DNA of 45,439 nucleotides from a virus (Duplodnaviria; Heunggongvirae; Uroviricota; Caudoviricetes): IMG/VR virus record IMGVR_UViG_2541047931_000012; one strand, 5' to 3'. Shown piece by piece: positions 20,461 to 28,606 of this stretch (position 1 is its first letter; each line of letters starts with the position of its first letter). The notes under the pieces were generated by a model. It saw only the letters and a program-made list of their open reading frames with translations, ran no database searches and was not told where the DNA came from. The position numbers and the translations under genes were made by a program.

Positions 20461-20898
20461 TTATTTCAGGCATTGCGTCCTGATGTATTCCTGCAGGTAG
20501 TTAACCTGCGCGGTTATCTTGTCGATTCCACTTCGGAGACGGTAATAATTGAGTTCAGCATCTGCTGTAAGTCTTGGGCTTTCTCCATCGCCCATGCTGC
20601 TGGCTCCGGTCGTTGACTTTGCACAGGTGGCGGCGACTTGCAGGCGCTTACGACCAGCAGAAACATCAGCACGGAGACTTTCGATAGTCGCGTTAGCATC
20701 AGCAAGCTCCTTTGTGTATCTGGCGTCGAGTTCTGCTACATCACGTTGACGCTTCTGCATATCAGCGATGATGGATGTGGCTTTATCGCGCTGCTCTTTG
20801 TAGGTCATGGCGTTATCACGGTAATGATTCAGCCCCAGACTAAGCGCACCACAGGCCACCAGCAGGGCAATGATGACCACGCACAGTACGCGGTTCAT
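20461..20898 (-). CDS. Rz: Spanin inner-membrane subunit Rz
   Basis: 145-aa ORF with an N-terminal transmembrane helix and a coiled-coil periplasmic domain, downstream of the endolysin, with Rz1 embedded. Confidence 0.8.
   Translation of the reverse strand: MNRVLCVVIIALLVACGALSLGLNHYRDNAMTYKEQRDKATSIIADMQKRQRDVAELDARYTKELADANATIESLRADVSAGRKRLQVAATCAKSTTGASSMGDGESPRLTADAELNYYRLRSGIDKITAQVNYLQEYIRTQCLK
20514..20705 (-). CDS. Rz1: Spanin outer-membrane lipoprotein Rz1, embedded in the +1 frame of Rz
   Basis: Embedded ORF with a signal peptide ending in the lipobox VSAC, followed by a proline-rich segment (KSPPPVQSQRPEP). Confidence 0.7.
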   Translation of the reverse strand: MLMLTRLSKVSVLMFLLVVSACKSPPPVQSQRPEPAAWAMEKAQDLQQMLNSIITVSEVESTR

Positions 20899-20899
20899 T

Positions 20900-20998
20900 T
20901 CACCACCAGCGTATCTGACCGATGAAATAACCGGAGGCCATAATCACAAACACCAGCCAGATAAGAATGAACTTCCAGGTGGATAATTTTTCAGCCAT
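20900..20998 (-). CDS. Candidate 32-aa single-pass membrane peptide between the endolysin and Rz
   Basis: ATG preceded by gggagattcgagag; encodes MAEKLSTWKFILIWLVFVIMASGYFIGQIRWW; its TGA stop sits one nucleotide before the Rz ATG. Confidence 0.35.
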   Translation of the reverse strand: MAEKLSTWKFILIWLVFVIMASGYFIGQIRWW

Positions 20999-21074
20999 CT
21001 CTCGAATCTCCCGAATCAGTTTGCTAAAATCAAACACACTTTCTCCTTTGACTTTTCCGGAGTCAGGAAACACA

Positions 21075-21112
21075 AAACCCCGCTTGGTGCCAACAAACGG
21101 GGTTTTTACTTT
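21075..21112. terminator. Hairpin (ccccg...cgggg) with flanking T/A runs between R and Rz
   Basis: aaaccccgcttggtgccaacaaacggggttttt on the plus strand. Confidence 0.35.
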
Positions 21113-21196
21113 TATTCACTTACGTTTCGCCAGTTCGCAGGATTTCATGTTATCCGCCCGCGTGGCCATGCCTTATTTTTCAGCAAAATATTCTGC

Positions 21197-21730
21197 TTAT
21201 CTGTCGATTCCCCAGCACGCCAGCGCGCTCTCCTGGTCACGACGGGATACCTGACCATAACAGTTATTTGAGCGGATACGGCAGTCTCTGCCACCGTCCT
21301 TAATCCACCAGCGAATCGCCTCACACGCTCCCCTGCGATCACCTGCATTAATTCGTTTATAAAACGTCGACGGGAAACACTTACCGGGACCAATGTTGTA
21401 CGGACAGAATGACGCGATCCCCGCTTTCTGGGGTTCGGTCAGCGGCACTCTGATGTTTTTCTCCACCCACGCCAGCGCTTTATCACGCTCAATGGCGTTA
21501 ACCTGGTCGCATTTTTCCTTCGACAACTTCATGCCCGGAACGACAGGTTTGCCATCCACCAGGATGGCACCGCGGCAGATAGTCCAGATACCCGCACCAT
21601 CACGGTATGCCGTGGTGTGGTTACCTTCCTTTTCATCCAGAAACTGGTCGAGAATGTCAGGCGCAGGCGCACCTGCGGCAATCAGCGCCAGAACGGCAGC
21701 CGACAGGCCGTATCTGATTTTTGCGTTCAT
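21197..21730 (-). CDS. R: Endolysin, T4-lysozyme-like (GH24) with an N-terminal SAR-like hydrophobic segment
   Basis: 177-aa ORF with N-terminal YGLSAAVLALIAAGAPAP and the catalytic pattern E-x8-D-x5-T in EGNHTTAYRDGAGIWT. Confidence 0.85.
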   Translation of the reverse strand: MNAKIRYGLSAAVLALIAAGAPAPDILDQFLDEKEGNHTTAYRDGAGIWTICRGAILVDGKPVVPGMKLSKEKCDQVNAIERDKALAWVEKNIRVPLTEPQKAGIASFCPYNIGPGKCFPSTFYKRINAGDRRGACEAIRWWIKDGGRDCRIRSNNCYGQVSRRDQESALACWGIDR

Positions 21731-21793
21731 GGATATTTATCAGGATTTATCGGTTTCTGCCCACGGACAGGTTTATCTGTTCCGGTCAGTGAA

Positions 21794-22147
21794 TTAAGGT
21801 TGTGATTCCGGTGGAGTCTTCAGAGAACCAGTAATTCTTCCCGGTAGCTTTCCTTTGTAGGTTATCAACACATCCTGCGCCTCTAAAATTACGGGGCGCT
21901 TTTCCGGCAACGGACCATCCCCTTCACATAACCCGGCAGCAACATCCATGAAAAACTGCTTCGCCTGCTTTTTCGCCTCAGCTTCGTAAAACTCCAGCGT
22001 GGCACCTTCAGTACGGTCAAGACTAATCGCCACATCTGGCAACAACAGCGACGCTTGCCCGTCACCTTCCGGCTTCACAGTAACAGTAACCTTATCCCCG
22101 TAATTATTTATCCCCTTAACAACCAGTTCATATTTTTTATTCATCAC
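21794..22147 (-). CDS. Hypothetical protein encoded between holin and endolysin
   Basis: 117-aa ORF, tightly packed (its stop is 2 nt from the holin start); no family recognised. Confidence 0.5.
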   Translation of the reverse strand: MMNKKYELVVKGINNYGDKVTVTVKPEGDGQASLLLPDVAISLDRTEGATLEFYEAEAKKQAKQFFMDVAAGLCEGDGPLPEKRPVILEAQDVLITYKGKLPGRITGSLKTPPESQP

Positions 22148-22148
22148 T

Positions 22149-22364
22149 TTACTCTCCCCGCGCCGCCTTACGCCGGTCCTCTCTGATTTTGAAATACAGG
22201 TTAGTCAGATATGTCAGCAGCCCAAACAGCAGACTCCCCAGCACGCCTATTGCCGCCCACTGAGACGGGGAAACCCTGTCCAGCAACTGCAGGAACCAGT
22301 AGCCCGTTCCCACCGCTGACGTGGTGTATGACACACCTGTTGTGATTTTTTCCATCTGGTACAT
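22149..22364 (-). CDS. S: Holin of the phage-21 S21 pinholin type
   Basis: 71-aa ORF ...[51 protein letters not shown], near-identical to the S21 C-terminal two-thirds from memory. Confidence 0.85.
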   Translation of the reverse strand: MYQMEKITTGVSYTTSAVGTGYWFLQLLDRVSPSQWAAIGVLGSLLFGLLTYLTNLYFKIREDRRKAARGE

Positions 22365-22439
22365 ACCCCGTCTCCCGCAATCCGGAAGCTCACAACAACA
22401 AGTGGGGCATCAGCTCACACCGACACCCCCTGCGCATGG

Positions 22440-22709
22440 TTACATCATCATTTCGCCGTCAGGCTGAGGCTCTTCACTACCGTCAGGCTGAGACCCGACG
22501 CCATCTGAAACAGTACTGTCATCCGCAATGCCTTCCGGCTCCGGAACCGCTGGTACGCCCAGCAGCTCATCCAGAATGGCATCCACTTCTGCATCAAGAC
22601 GCGCCTCAAGGTTCTGGCGGAGTTTCTGTTTCAGTGCGCTCAGGACTTCTTCAGAGCGCAGGACTTCCTTCACTGCCTCAGCAGTGACCAGGGATGTGAT
22701 TTCTGACAT
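22440..22709 (-). CDS. Hypothetical acidic protein
   Basis: The likely start is the internal Met (MSEITSLVTAEAVKEVL...); 89 aa, acidic C-terminus; no family recognised. Confidence 0.4.
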   Translation of the reverse strand: MSEITSLVTAEAVKEVLRSEEVLSALKQKLRQNLEARLDAEVDAILDELLGVPAVPEPEGIADDSTVSDGVGSQPDGSEEPQPDGEMMM

Positions 22710-22746
22710 GGGATTTTCTCGTTGAAAGGTGTTGTCAAGAAAGTGA

Positions 22747-22929
22747 CTACGGAATGAGCGGATCTTCGGGTTTGCTTCCGGCTGACTGACTGGCGCTGAT
22801 TCTCTCAGCGGCCCTTTTATCAATCTGCCTGCGCCAGAAATCGCGCACTGCCCTGTACCCACCCGAAAGAAGATACATAACACAGACTGCCGTACAGAAG
22901 TACAGCATTAACTGGTTCAGAAATGTCAT
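22747..22929 (-). CDS. Hypothetical small membrane protein
   Basis: 60-aa ORF with an N-terminal hydrophobic helix (LMLYFCTAVCVMYLL). Confidence 0.4.
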   Translation of the reverse strand: MTFLNQLMLYFCTAVCVMYLLSGGYRAVRDFWRRQIDKRAAERISASQSAGSKPEDPLIP

Positions 22930-23080
22930 GGTTTCTCACCGTGATAGTTGACATGATTTACTTATTTTTGTAGAAAAATATCGCAAACTTCGGTGTCATC
23001 GTGGTCGTTTTACCAGCCGCCAGCATTCATGTAGTGGACACAGTTCATCCCTTTCCTTCATTGCTGGCGGCCTTTTTTTA

Positions 23081-25042
23081 TCATGCCGCGGCATCCGCGT
23101 TGTTCACTTCCACCTTCACACTGTCAATCAGCAGCGTATATGTCGCCGCCTTTGATATGCCTGTCAGTTGCAGTTTGTCCGCCGCCCCTGATGCCGGAGA
23201 TTTCACCAGTGTGAACGGCGTCCCCCGTTTCTCATCCAGTACCGGCGTCACCTGAATGCTGTTGTTTCCGGCAAACTCAAAAGCCAGTGTGTGCCATCCG
23301 TTATCAAAGACCCCGAACGTATCCAGCTTCGCATTCGGCTTCTTGTGGTGCATCGCGTTCAGGTTCGTCGCATCCGTCTGCAGGAAGAAGGACATCAGCA
23401 TGTCGTTGCCTTCCTCTGCCAGCGTCACTCCCTCCGGCAGGGACGACAACTGCCAGTAAATGCCCAGGGCAAACTGATTCGGCACCAGTGAACCCGGCAA
23501 CTTAAACCGTACGCTCACACGTCCTCCTTTCTTCAGCAACTCTGCCCCCTGCCCGGCTGCATCATGCTCCAGAAACCAGATGTGGTTTTCCGGTTTATTC
23601 AGTTGCAGGGCCTTACCTCCCGTAGCCCCCGCATCACTGACCACCGCTTCAGCAATGTTTTTGTTAACATTGTCTCCGCTCGCCGGTTTGTGATAATAGC
23701 GCCAGCCCTGTGATGCCAGGTCTTCGCCGGACGCCAGCAGACTCATCAGGGTTCGGTTACTGACCGGACCTTCCGGCTCTCTCTCCGTACCTTCACCGGA
23801 AGGTCCGGTGGGCCTCACCGTATCAGGCTGTTTTCCGGTAATGAATTCAGCGGTTCTCCCGGCATGCACAAGAATCGCCGTTGCCAGACGGTCGGAAATA
23901 ATCCCACGACGTGCCCATGATCCAAAATGCGTTTTACGGTCAGCCGTCGTCCAGGTTTTGGCGTCCGTTCGACCACCGGCTCCGTAATACCCAATATCCG
24001 CAACATCCGGATCTTCTGACGGCTCGTTGGTACCCACATTTCGCCCGTTTTCATCCGTCATAAACGGCACAAAGAAGATTTTTTTTGCGGATTTCGTCTT
24101 GTATGCACCATACACCGCATCGTATTGCGAAGAATAAGTCTGCTTCCAGTAGTAGGTCGTGTCGCCACAAATCCAGGGAACCGATGACGGAGAGCCCCCG
24201 AGACACTGACCTCCGAATTCCGACAGGTCAGAACGATATTTTTCCACCATGGAATCAAACAGCCCCGGCTGAGTGGCGTATGCACCCTGTTTCAAATCAA
24301 ACTCGCCCTGCATCCAGACCACTGCAAGCAGAATATTTTTAGGGTTGGCCTTCAGTGCGGCCTGAGTACGGGTAAGCAGGTCCTTGTACAGTGGCTTATC
24401 TACACCCCAGCGTGCCGAGGTCTCGCTTGCGCCGGTGGATTCGCTGAAGGTACCTTCATCGCCCGCCAAAAATGCAGAACCACCACGGCAGCACGGAACC
24501 AGAAGAATACCGGCATTCGCCGGAATAAACGGCAACAATTTCTTCGCGATATGTAATCCCTGCCCCACGCATCCATACTGAGCTGCGCTGGCTTTCGGGT
24601 GTGAAAACTTACTCAAATCCTGAACATCATGCAGGCAGTGGTCCGCAGGAATAATGTCATTGTAGTTACAGGACGCACCACCCGGCGTGACAGTGCTGCG
24701 ACGCGCCAGCTGTTTAATACGCGGGTCCGGACGGTCATATGTCTCCGGCAGCGGAAGCCCTTCACCATACGCCATACCGTTTGACTGCCCGGCCAGGGCA
24801 ACAACAAAGTAATACTCCGGGTTGCTGGTAGTGCTGATAACTGCGCCTTCTCCATCCGACGGCTTCACCACCACAGGTGTGGTGACATCACCTTCCGCCG
24901 CAATGGCCTGCATCAGGGTATAAGGCGTGATGGCCACCGGACTGCCAAATGGCTGCCACCCCTCCTTCAGTTTTTGTGTCAGTCGTTTCGCAAGGTCTGA
25001 CGGCGATGCCGCCCTGACCACGTCATAGTGTTTAAATGCCAT
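23081..25042 (-). CDS. nanS: Prophage-encoded sialate O-acetylesterase (NanS-p-like)
   Basis: 653-aa ORF with a GQSN motif (VVALAGQSNGMAYGEG) typical of SASA/SGNH esterases; sits between the tRNA cluster and the lysis genes as in Stx-phage late regions. Confidence 0.7.
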   Translation of the reverse strand: MAFKHYDVVRAASPSDLAKRLTQKLKEGWQPFGSPVAITPYTLMQAIAAEGDVTTPVVVKPSDGEGAVISTTSNPEYYFVVALAGQSNGMAYGEGLPLPETYDRPDPRIKQLARRSTVTPGGASCNYNDIIPADHCLHDVQDLSKFSHPKASAAQYGCVGQGLHIAKKLLPFIPANAGILLVPCCRGGSAFLAGDEGTFSESTGASETSARWGVDKPLYKDLLTRTQAALKANPKNILLAVVWMQGEFDLKQGAYATQPGLFDSMVEKYRSDLSEFGGQCLGGSPSSVPWICGDTTYYWKQTYSSQYDAVYGAYKTKSAKKIFFVPFMTDENGRNVGTNEPSEDPDVADIGYYGAGGRTDAKTWTTADRKTHFGSWARRGIISDRLATAILVHAGRTAEFITGKQPDTVRPTGPSGEGTEREPEGPVSNRTLMSLLASGEDLASQGWRYYHKPASGDNVNKNIAEAVVSDAGATGGKALQLNKPENHIWFLEHDAAGQGAELLKKGGRVSVRFKLPGSLVPNQFALGIYWQLSSLPEGVTLAEEGNDMLMSFFLQTDATNLNAMHHKKPNAKLDTFGVFDNGWHTLAFEFAGNNSIQVTPVLDEKRGTPFTLVKSPASGAADKLQLTGISKAATYTLLIDSVKVEVNNADAAA

Positions 25043-25224
25043 GAATCCTCCCGGCCGGGATAATATTGTGAGTAAAATAAGGAGCGGGCTGAAGTCCGGA
25101 AGTTACAGGACAATGGCAGAAGAGAGACGACAGCCCGCAATTCGAAAAAGACCGCGCAGTTGCGCAGCCTTATGAATTCTGGTTAAAATCCATTCGATTA
25201 TAAAAATGTATATCTCATGCTGTT

Positions 25225-25250
25225 GCCCGAACCCACTCGGGCTTTTTTTT
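25225..25250 (+). terminator. Rho-independent terminator (gcccga-acccac-tcgggc followed by T8)
   Basis: 6-bp GC stem followed by tttttttt at 25243-25250. Confidence 0.55.
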
Positions 25251-25262
25251 GCCCACAAGAAA

Positions 25263-25284
25263 GCCCCTCCGGAGAGGGGCTAAA
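25263..25284 (-). terminator. Hairpin gcccctc-cgga-gaggggc, candidate minus-strand terminator or RNA structure
   Basis: 7-bp GC stem with a 4-nt loop; on the minus strand it is followed by tttcttg. Confidence 0.4.
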
Positions 25285-25534
25285 GCCGCGTATCTGTATC
25301 ATCATGCACATGATGCCGGGTGCCTCCCGGTGAGTTCAGTATCAGCACCTGAACCCGCACAGAAAGGATAAGGGTCGGTGACAAAACACCAGTTGCTGAT
25401 TGCCCCTCCGCACAGGGGGATTCACCATGCCAGTTTCTTTTAACAAACTCCCCGCAAAACAGACAACTGTCAACCGTCTGAATTGTGAGACATTTAAAAA
25501 AAAGCCCGCAAAAGCGAGCCGGGAAAAATAAGTC

Positions 25535-25611
25535 TGGCGCGTTGTACTGGATTCGAACCAGTGACCGATTGCTTAGAAGGCAATTGCTCTGTCCGGCTGA
25601 GCTAATAACGC
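25535..25611 (-). tRNA. argO: tRNA-Arg (anticodon UCU, reads AGA)
   Basis: Hand-folded cloverleaf on the minus strand with a 3' CCA, TPsiC loop GGTTCGAATCC and anticodon loop CUUCUAA. Confidence 0.75.
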
Positions 25612-25624
25612 AGGGTACAGATAA

Positions 25625-25701
25625 TGGACCGCCATCGAGGACTCGAACCCCGCGCAACCAGCTTCGAAGGCTGGCGCTCTATCCTGATGAGCTAATGGCG
25701 G
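25625..25701 (-). tRNA. argN: tRNA-Arg (anticodon UCG by hand-fold)
   Basis: Minus strand with a 3' CCA, TPsiC loop GGTTCGAGTCC and anticodon stem CCAGC/GCTGG with loop CUUCGAA; the anticodon assignment needs software confirmation. Confidence 0.65.
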
Positions 25702-25708
25702 TATGTGA

Positions 25709-25784
25709 TGGTGGCCCTTGCTGGATTTGAACCAGCGACCTGGCGATTATGAATCGCTCGCTCTCACCACTGAGCTAAAGGGCC
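25709..25784 (-). tRNA. ileZ: tRNA with CAU anticodon (Ile2/lysidine type or Met), ileZ-like
   Basis: Minus-strand GGCCCTTTAGCTCAGTGGTGAGAGC...GGTTCAAATCC...GGGCCACCA with anticodon loop UUCAUAA. Confidence 0.7.
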
Positions 25785-25824
25785 GGGAGCCGCATAATAA
25801 CGACGCGTAATTAATTCTTCAATA

Positions 25825-26103
25825 TCATCCGTTCTGGCTGACTAAATCCTGTACTTCCCGAACCGTCTGCTCAAAACGTTCAGTCTCCAGCTCAACGCCA
25901 ATTGCACGACGCCCGAGCGCCAGTGCCGCTTTCACTGTCGAACCCGACCCCATGAAAAAATCTGCAATCAGGTCACCCGGACGACTGCTAGCGCTGATTA
26001 TCTGCTGCAGCATTTCTGCCGGTTTTTCGCACGGATGTTTCCCGGGATAGAACTGCACCGGTTTATGCGTCCAGACATCGGTATACGGCACCTGCGCCGT
26101 CAC
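25825..26103 (-). pseudogene. 3' remnant of a DNA N6-adenine/N4-cytosine methyltransferase
   Basis: Contains the AdoMet motif DLIADFFMGSGST and ...AIGVELE..., but only ~45 residues precede it; the catalytic DPPY half is absent and the only start is GTG. Confidence 0.5.
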
Positions 26104-26161
26104 GCCAAAATACCGCCGCAGTCGGCATTCACAACCACCAGCGCATTTAACGTTCAGCCAT

Positions 26162-26186
26162 AAAAAAACCCGCTCGCGGCGGGTTT
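26162..26186 (-). terminator. Rho-independent terminator just downstream of Q, a candidate tR' of the late promoter region
   Basis: Minus strand reads aaacccgccgcgagcgggttttttta: GC stem cccgc/gcggg followed by T7. Confidence 0.6.
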
Positions 26187-26254
26187 AAGCTGTGTGGCGA
26201 AGTAACCACTCTTAACATACTGACATACTTTTTGCGGACCGCACTAATCATTTT

Positions 26255-26650
26255 TTACTTTTTTAGCAGCCAGTCGTCCATCTCCAGTCTTACCCCCAGC
26301 ACAGACAAACATCCGTCAATAAACCCTTCGGCTATCTGCATCTCAATTCGTATTGCTTTTTCGCTTTTCTTTCTCGTCCTGGCTATCTGTCTTTTTGATA
26401 TTCGCAACAAATAATGAGCAATGAGAAGCGAATACTCCTCAGGTTTTTTCTGCTTCAGACGAGCAAGACAGTTTTCAATGATAAGTCCGTCATCATCGCA
26501 GCAGGCCGGACGTGGTTTAGTGGCAGATGGTAAAAGTCCTTTGAATCCGGCAGCGATCGGAGAATAGTCCACCCCGGTGTTACCACTTGCCGCCCATGCC
26601 CCCCAGCGTTCAAGAACCATCTGAATATCACGCATCAACTTACTCCACAA
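26255..26650 (-). CDS. Q: Late-gene antiterminator Q
   Basis: 131-aa ORF at the end of the nin region, immediately upstream of the terminator and tRNAs; Q-family by position and by sequence resemblance from memory. Confidence 0.7.
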   Translation of the reverse strand: MWSKLMRDIQMVLERWGAWAASGNTGVDYSPIAAGFKGLLPSATKPRPACCDDDGLIIENCLARLKQKKPEEYSLLIAHYLLRISKRQIARTRKKSEKAIRIEMQIAEGFIDGCLSVLGVRLEMDDWLLKK

Positions 26651-26720
26651 AAATCAGACCAAAACGCCAATTACAAGCAAAAATCAACAAAACAGTATTA
26701 GTTGATTGTTATCTCTGACT

Positions 26721-26861
26721 TCATACTCCTGCTCCTGTCAGGGTTTTGGCGTAACTCTTCAGTATTCGGTAATCGGTCAAAACAGAACCGGGGAAACGAT
26801 ATAAGCGCAGGCGCACCCAGCGGCGGCGAAGACGTTCTGCCATATAAGACTCAAACATCAT
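26721..26861 (-). CDS. Small ORF (46 aa) between rusA and Q
   Basis: Minus strand [46 protein letters not shown]; its start overlaps the rusA stop. Confidence 0.35.
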   Translation of the reverse strand: MMFESYMAERLRRRWVRLRLYRFPGSVLTDYRILKSYAKTLTGAGV

Positions 26862-27220
26862 TCATCTCCCAGTTCAGTGATGGTCAGTTCCAGCTTCCCA
26901 CCTTTGGTAACAGGCATCTTCACAACGCGGTAATCAACGACCAGCTCATCATCCAGCCAGAAACCTGCTTTAGTGAGTGCGTCAAAAGCGGCTTTTTGCA
27001 GATTATCCAGGTCACGGCGACGGCGATCCGGCATGTGGCACTCAATGCGGATTTTCACAGGCATAGCCAGACCGATATCCAGCATTGAGCCTTTAATGAT
27101 TCGGGCGACGTTATCGCGGTATGCCTGCCCTTCTGCGCTGATGTGCGTGCGCCCTCGATTATGGCGGTAGTAGCGGTTATTGCTCGGCGGCCAGGGTAGT
27201 GTGATGTGGTAAGTATTCAC
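26858..27220 (-). CDS. rusA: Holliday-junction resolvase RusA
   Basis: 120-aa [44 protein letters not shown]...[13 protein letters not shown]...[10 protein letters not shown]..., matching E. coli RusA from memory. Confidence 0.9.
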   Translation of the reverse strand: MNTYHITLPWPPSNNRYYRHNRGRTHISAEGQAYRDNVARIIKGSMLDIGLAMPVKIRIECHMPDRRRRDLDNLQKAAFDALTKAGFWLDDELVVDYRVVKMPVTKGGKLELTITELGDE

Positions 27221-27507
27221 GCCTTAATTACCCCCTCTTTCAGCCAGATAACCTGCGTTCTCGCCATACCTTCCAGCGCGCATTCTTTTGCATATCCAGC
27301 GTCAACAAAATGCGTGCGGCGGTCGATTTCGTCGTGGCAGGCAGAACATGCAATGGTGGCAATCAGGTCTGGCGGTTTCGTACCGGTGCCGCACAATCCA
27401 GTCAGCCGGATATGTGCCAGTACAGACGTTTCAGGGTTGCCATTACATACGCCAGGGATTCTTACCTGGCATTCCCGACCACGCGCTGCTTTTCTCAAAT
27501 CAGCCAT
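27217..27507 (-). CDS. ybcO: DUF1364 protein (YbcO-like putative nuclease)
   Basis: 96 aa from [34 protein letters not shown]... with Cys/His-rich motifs; nin-region position next to rusA. Confidence 0.7.
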   Translation of the reverse strand: MADLRKAARGRECQVRIPGVCNGNPETSVLAHIRLTGLCGTGTKPPDLIATIACSACHDEIDRRTHFVDAGYAKECALEGMARTQVIWLKEGVIKA

Positions 27508-27670
27508 GACTCCTCCTTGCTGCCAGTCGCAACCATTTTTTATCAACCAAGCTGGCGGTATATCCGAGCAGTGTTGGTATTTCGGATGGCTTCAGCTCAG
27601 GTTTACGCTTACGACGATTTGGTACTCTGTAGATGTGTCCGTTCATGACACGAATAAGCGGTGTAGCCAT
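27500..27670 (-). CDS. ninE: NinE-like protein
   Basis: 56 aa from the internal Met ([56 protein letters not shown]); the ATG overlaps the ninB stop. Confidence 0.6.
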   Translation of the reverse strand: MATPLIRVMNGHIYRVPNRRKRKPELKPSEIPTLLGYTASLVDKKWLRLAARRSHG

Positions 27671-28125
27671 TACGCCTCCTGCTTGTCGCGCAGCAGCTGA
27701 AACTCGCAGCTCTGTGGAATAGTCAGGTGGCAACCAATATTCATCGCCCAGGCTTCAACCTTACACAGGAAGACATACATCTCTCCGGTATCAAGATCGG
27801 AGGTATGGCGTAACGACTGGATAGTGGTGATATCACCGGTTACGACATCAACCAGGTCTTTGGTTTCATAACCGAGATATGTGTGTTTGAGAGCATCTTT
27901 TACCCAAGCTGGAGTAGCGAACGTTTTACCCTTGCTGATGAGGTATTCACTGATTTCGCTGTACCACATGTGGCTGAGTGCATTCTGGGAAAGACTGCGT
28001 CTCTCGCGCCACGGTTTAAGCACCATGCGAAAGCATTTGCCGTCCTCCAGATAAGGCTGGATCTGCCGACCAATAGCGGTGAAGTTACCGCGATGCAGTT
28101 TGATGCCATCTTGTGGGAAGTTCAC
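27670..28125 (-). CDS. ninB: Recombination protein NinB
   Basis: 151-aa ORF with [23 protein letters not shown]; GTG start preceded by ggaggtgaagc; first gene of the nin region. Confidence 0.7.
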   Translation of the reverse strand: MNFPQDGIKLHRGNFTAIGRQIQPYLEDGKCFRMVLKPWRERRSLSQNALSHMWYSEISEYLISKGKTFATPAWVKDALKHTYLGYETKDLVDVVTGDITTIQSLRHTSDLDTGEMYVFLCKVEAWAMNIGCHLTIPQSCEFQLLRDKQEA

Positions 28126-28158
28126 GCTTCACCTCCGCAGAGATCAAACGCTGGATGC

Positions 28159-28189
28159 AAAAAAACGCAGGTGCATTTCTGCATCTGTG
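28159..28189 (-). terminator. Rho-independent terminator upstream of ninB (tR2-like position); copy 1 of a duplicated element
   Basis: Minus strand reads cacagatgcagaaatgcacctgcg + ttttttt. Confidence 0.6.
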
Positions 28190-28295
28190 GCAAGGCGAGG
28201 AGTTCAACTTGTGGTCGCATATAATTTCCCAATCATATGCGCAGAAGTCACCGCAGGGTGTTCAGGCCAACGGTGACGGTATTATTGCTTATTGA

Positions 28296-28547
28296 TTATG
28301 ATTTTTCAATTTCATCAATAACCTTGTGATAGACAATACCAGAAAGGCCAACAGACAGTGGATGTTCATGAAATATTGGCTCATTTGCATAAACCCAATG
28401 CCCGACAAATTCTTCTGGGCTTGATATGTATAACTCACGAAGAAAATGGAGATCCCTCTCTACAACTAATTTCGTATCGTCCAAGAGCGCTGCATTTACG
28501 CTAGTTTTATGGCTGTGCATTAATTTACATTTGGTGAAGGACATCAT
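28296..28547 (-). CDS. Hypothetical protein (83 aa)
   Basis: ORF with an upstream aaaaaggag RBS; no family recognised. Confidence 0.45.
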   Translation of the reverse strand: MMSFTKCKLMHSHKTSVNAALLDDTKLVVERDLHFLRELYISSPEEFVGHWVYANEPIFHEHPLSVGLSGIVYHKVIDEIEKS

Positions 28548-28606
28548 GGCAAAAGCTCCTTTTTCTTATGAATCCATATGTTAGCTAAATTGGAGAGACA
28601 CAGTAG

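Noticed and set aside
25043-25534. Possible stx toxin genes between the tRNAs and nanS-p
   Set aside because: Only ~490 bp with terminators and no ORF; no room for stxA/stxB.
25280-25657. 125-aa minus-strand ORF overlapping the tRNA cluster
   Set aside because: It covers two tRNA genes and a terminator; it is a chance ORF.
26104-26254. A specific PR' late promoter call downstream of Q
   Set aside because: No convincing -35/-10 pair with proper spacing could be read by eye; only the terminator is reported.
28079-28276. 65-aa plus-strand ORF starting MKLPR, reminiscent of Hok toxins
   Set aside because: Only the first five residues resemble Hok; the rest has no similarity, and it overlaps the ninB start and the tR2-like hairpin on the opposite strand.
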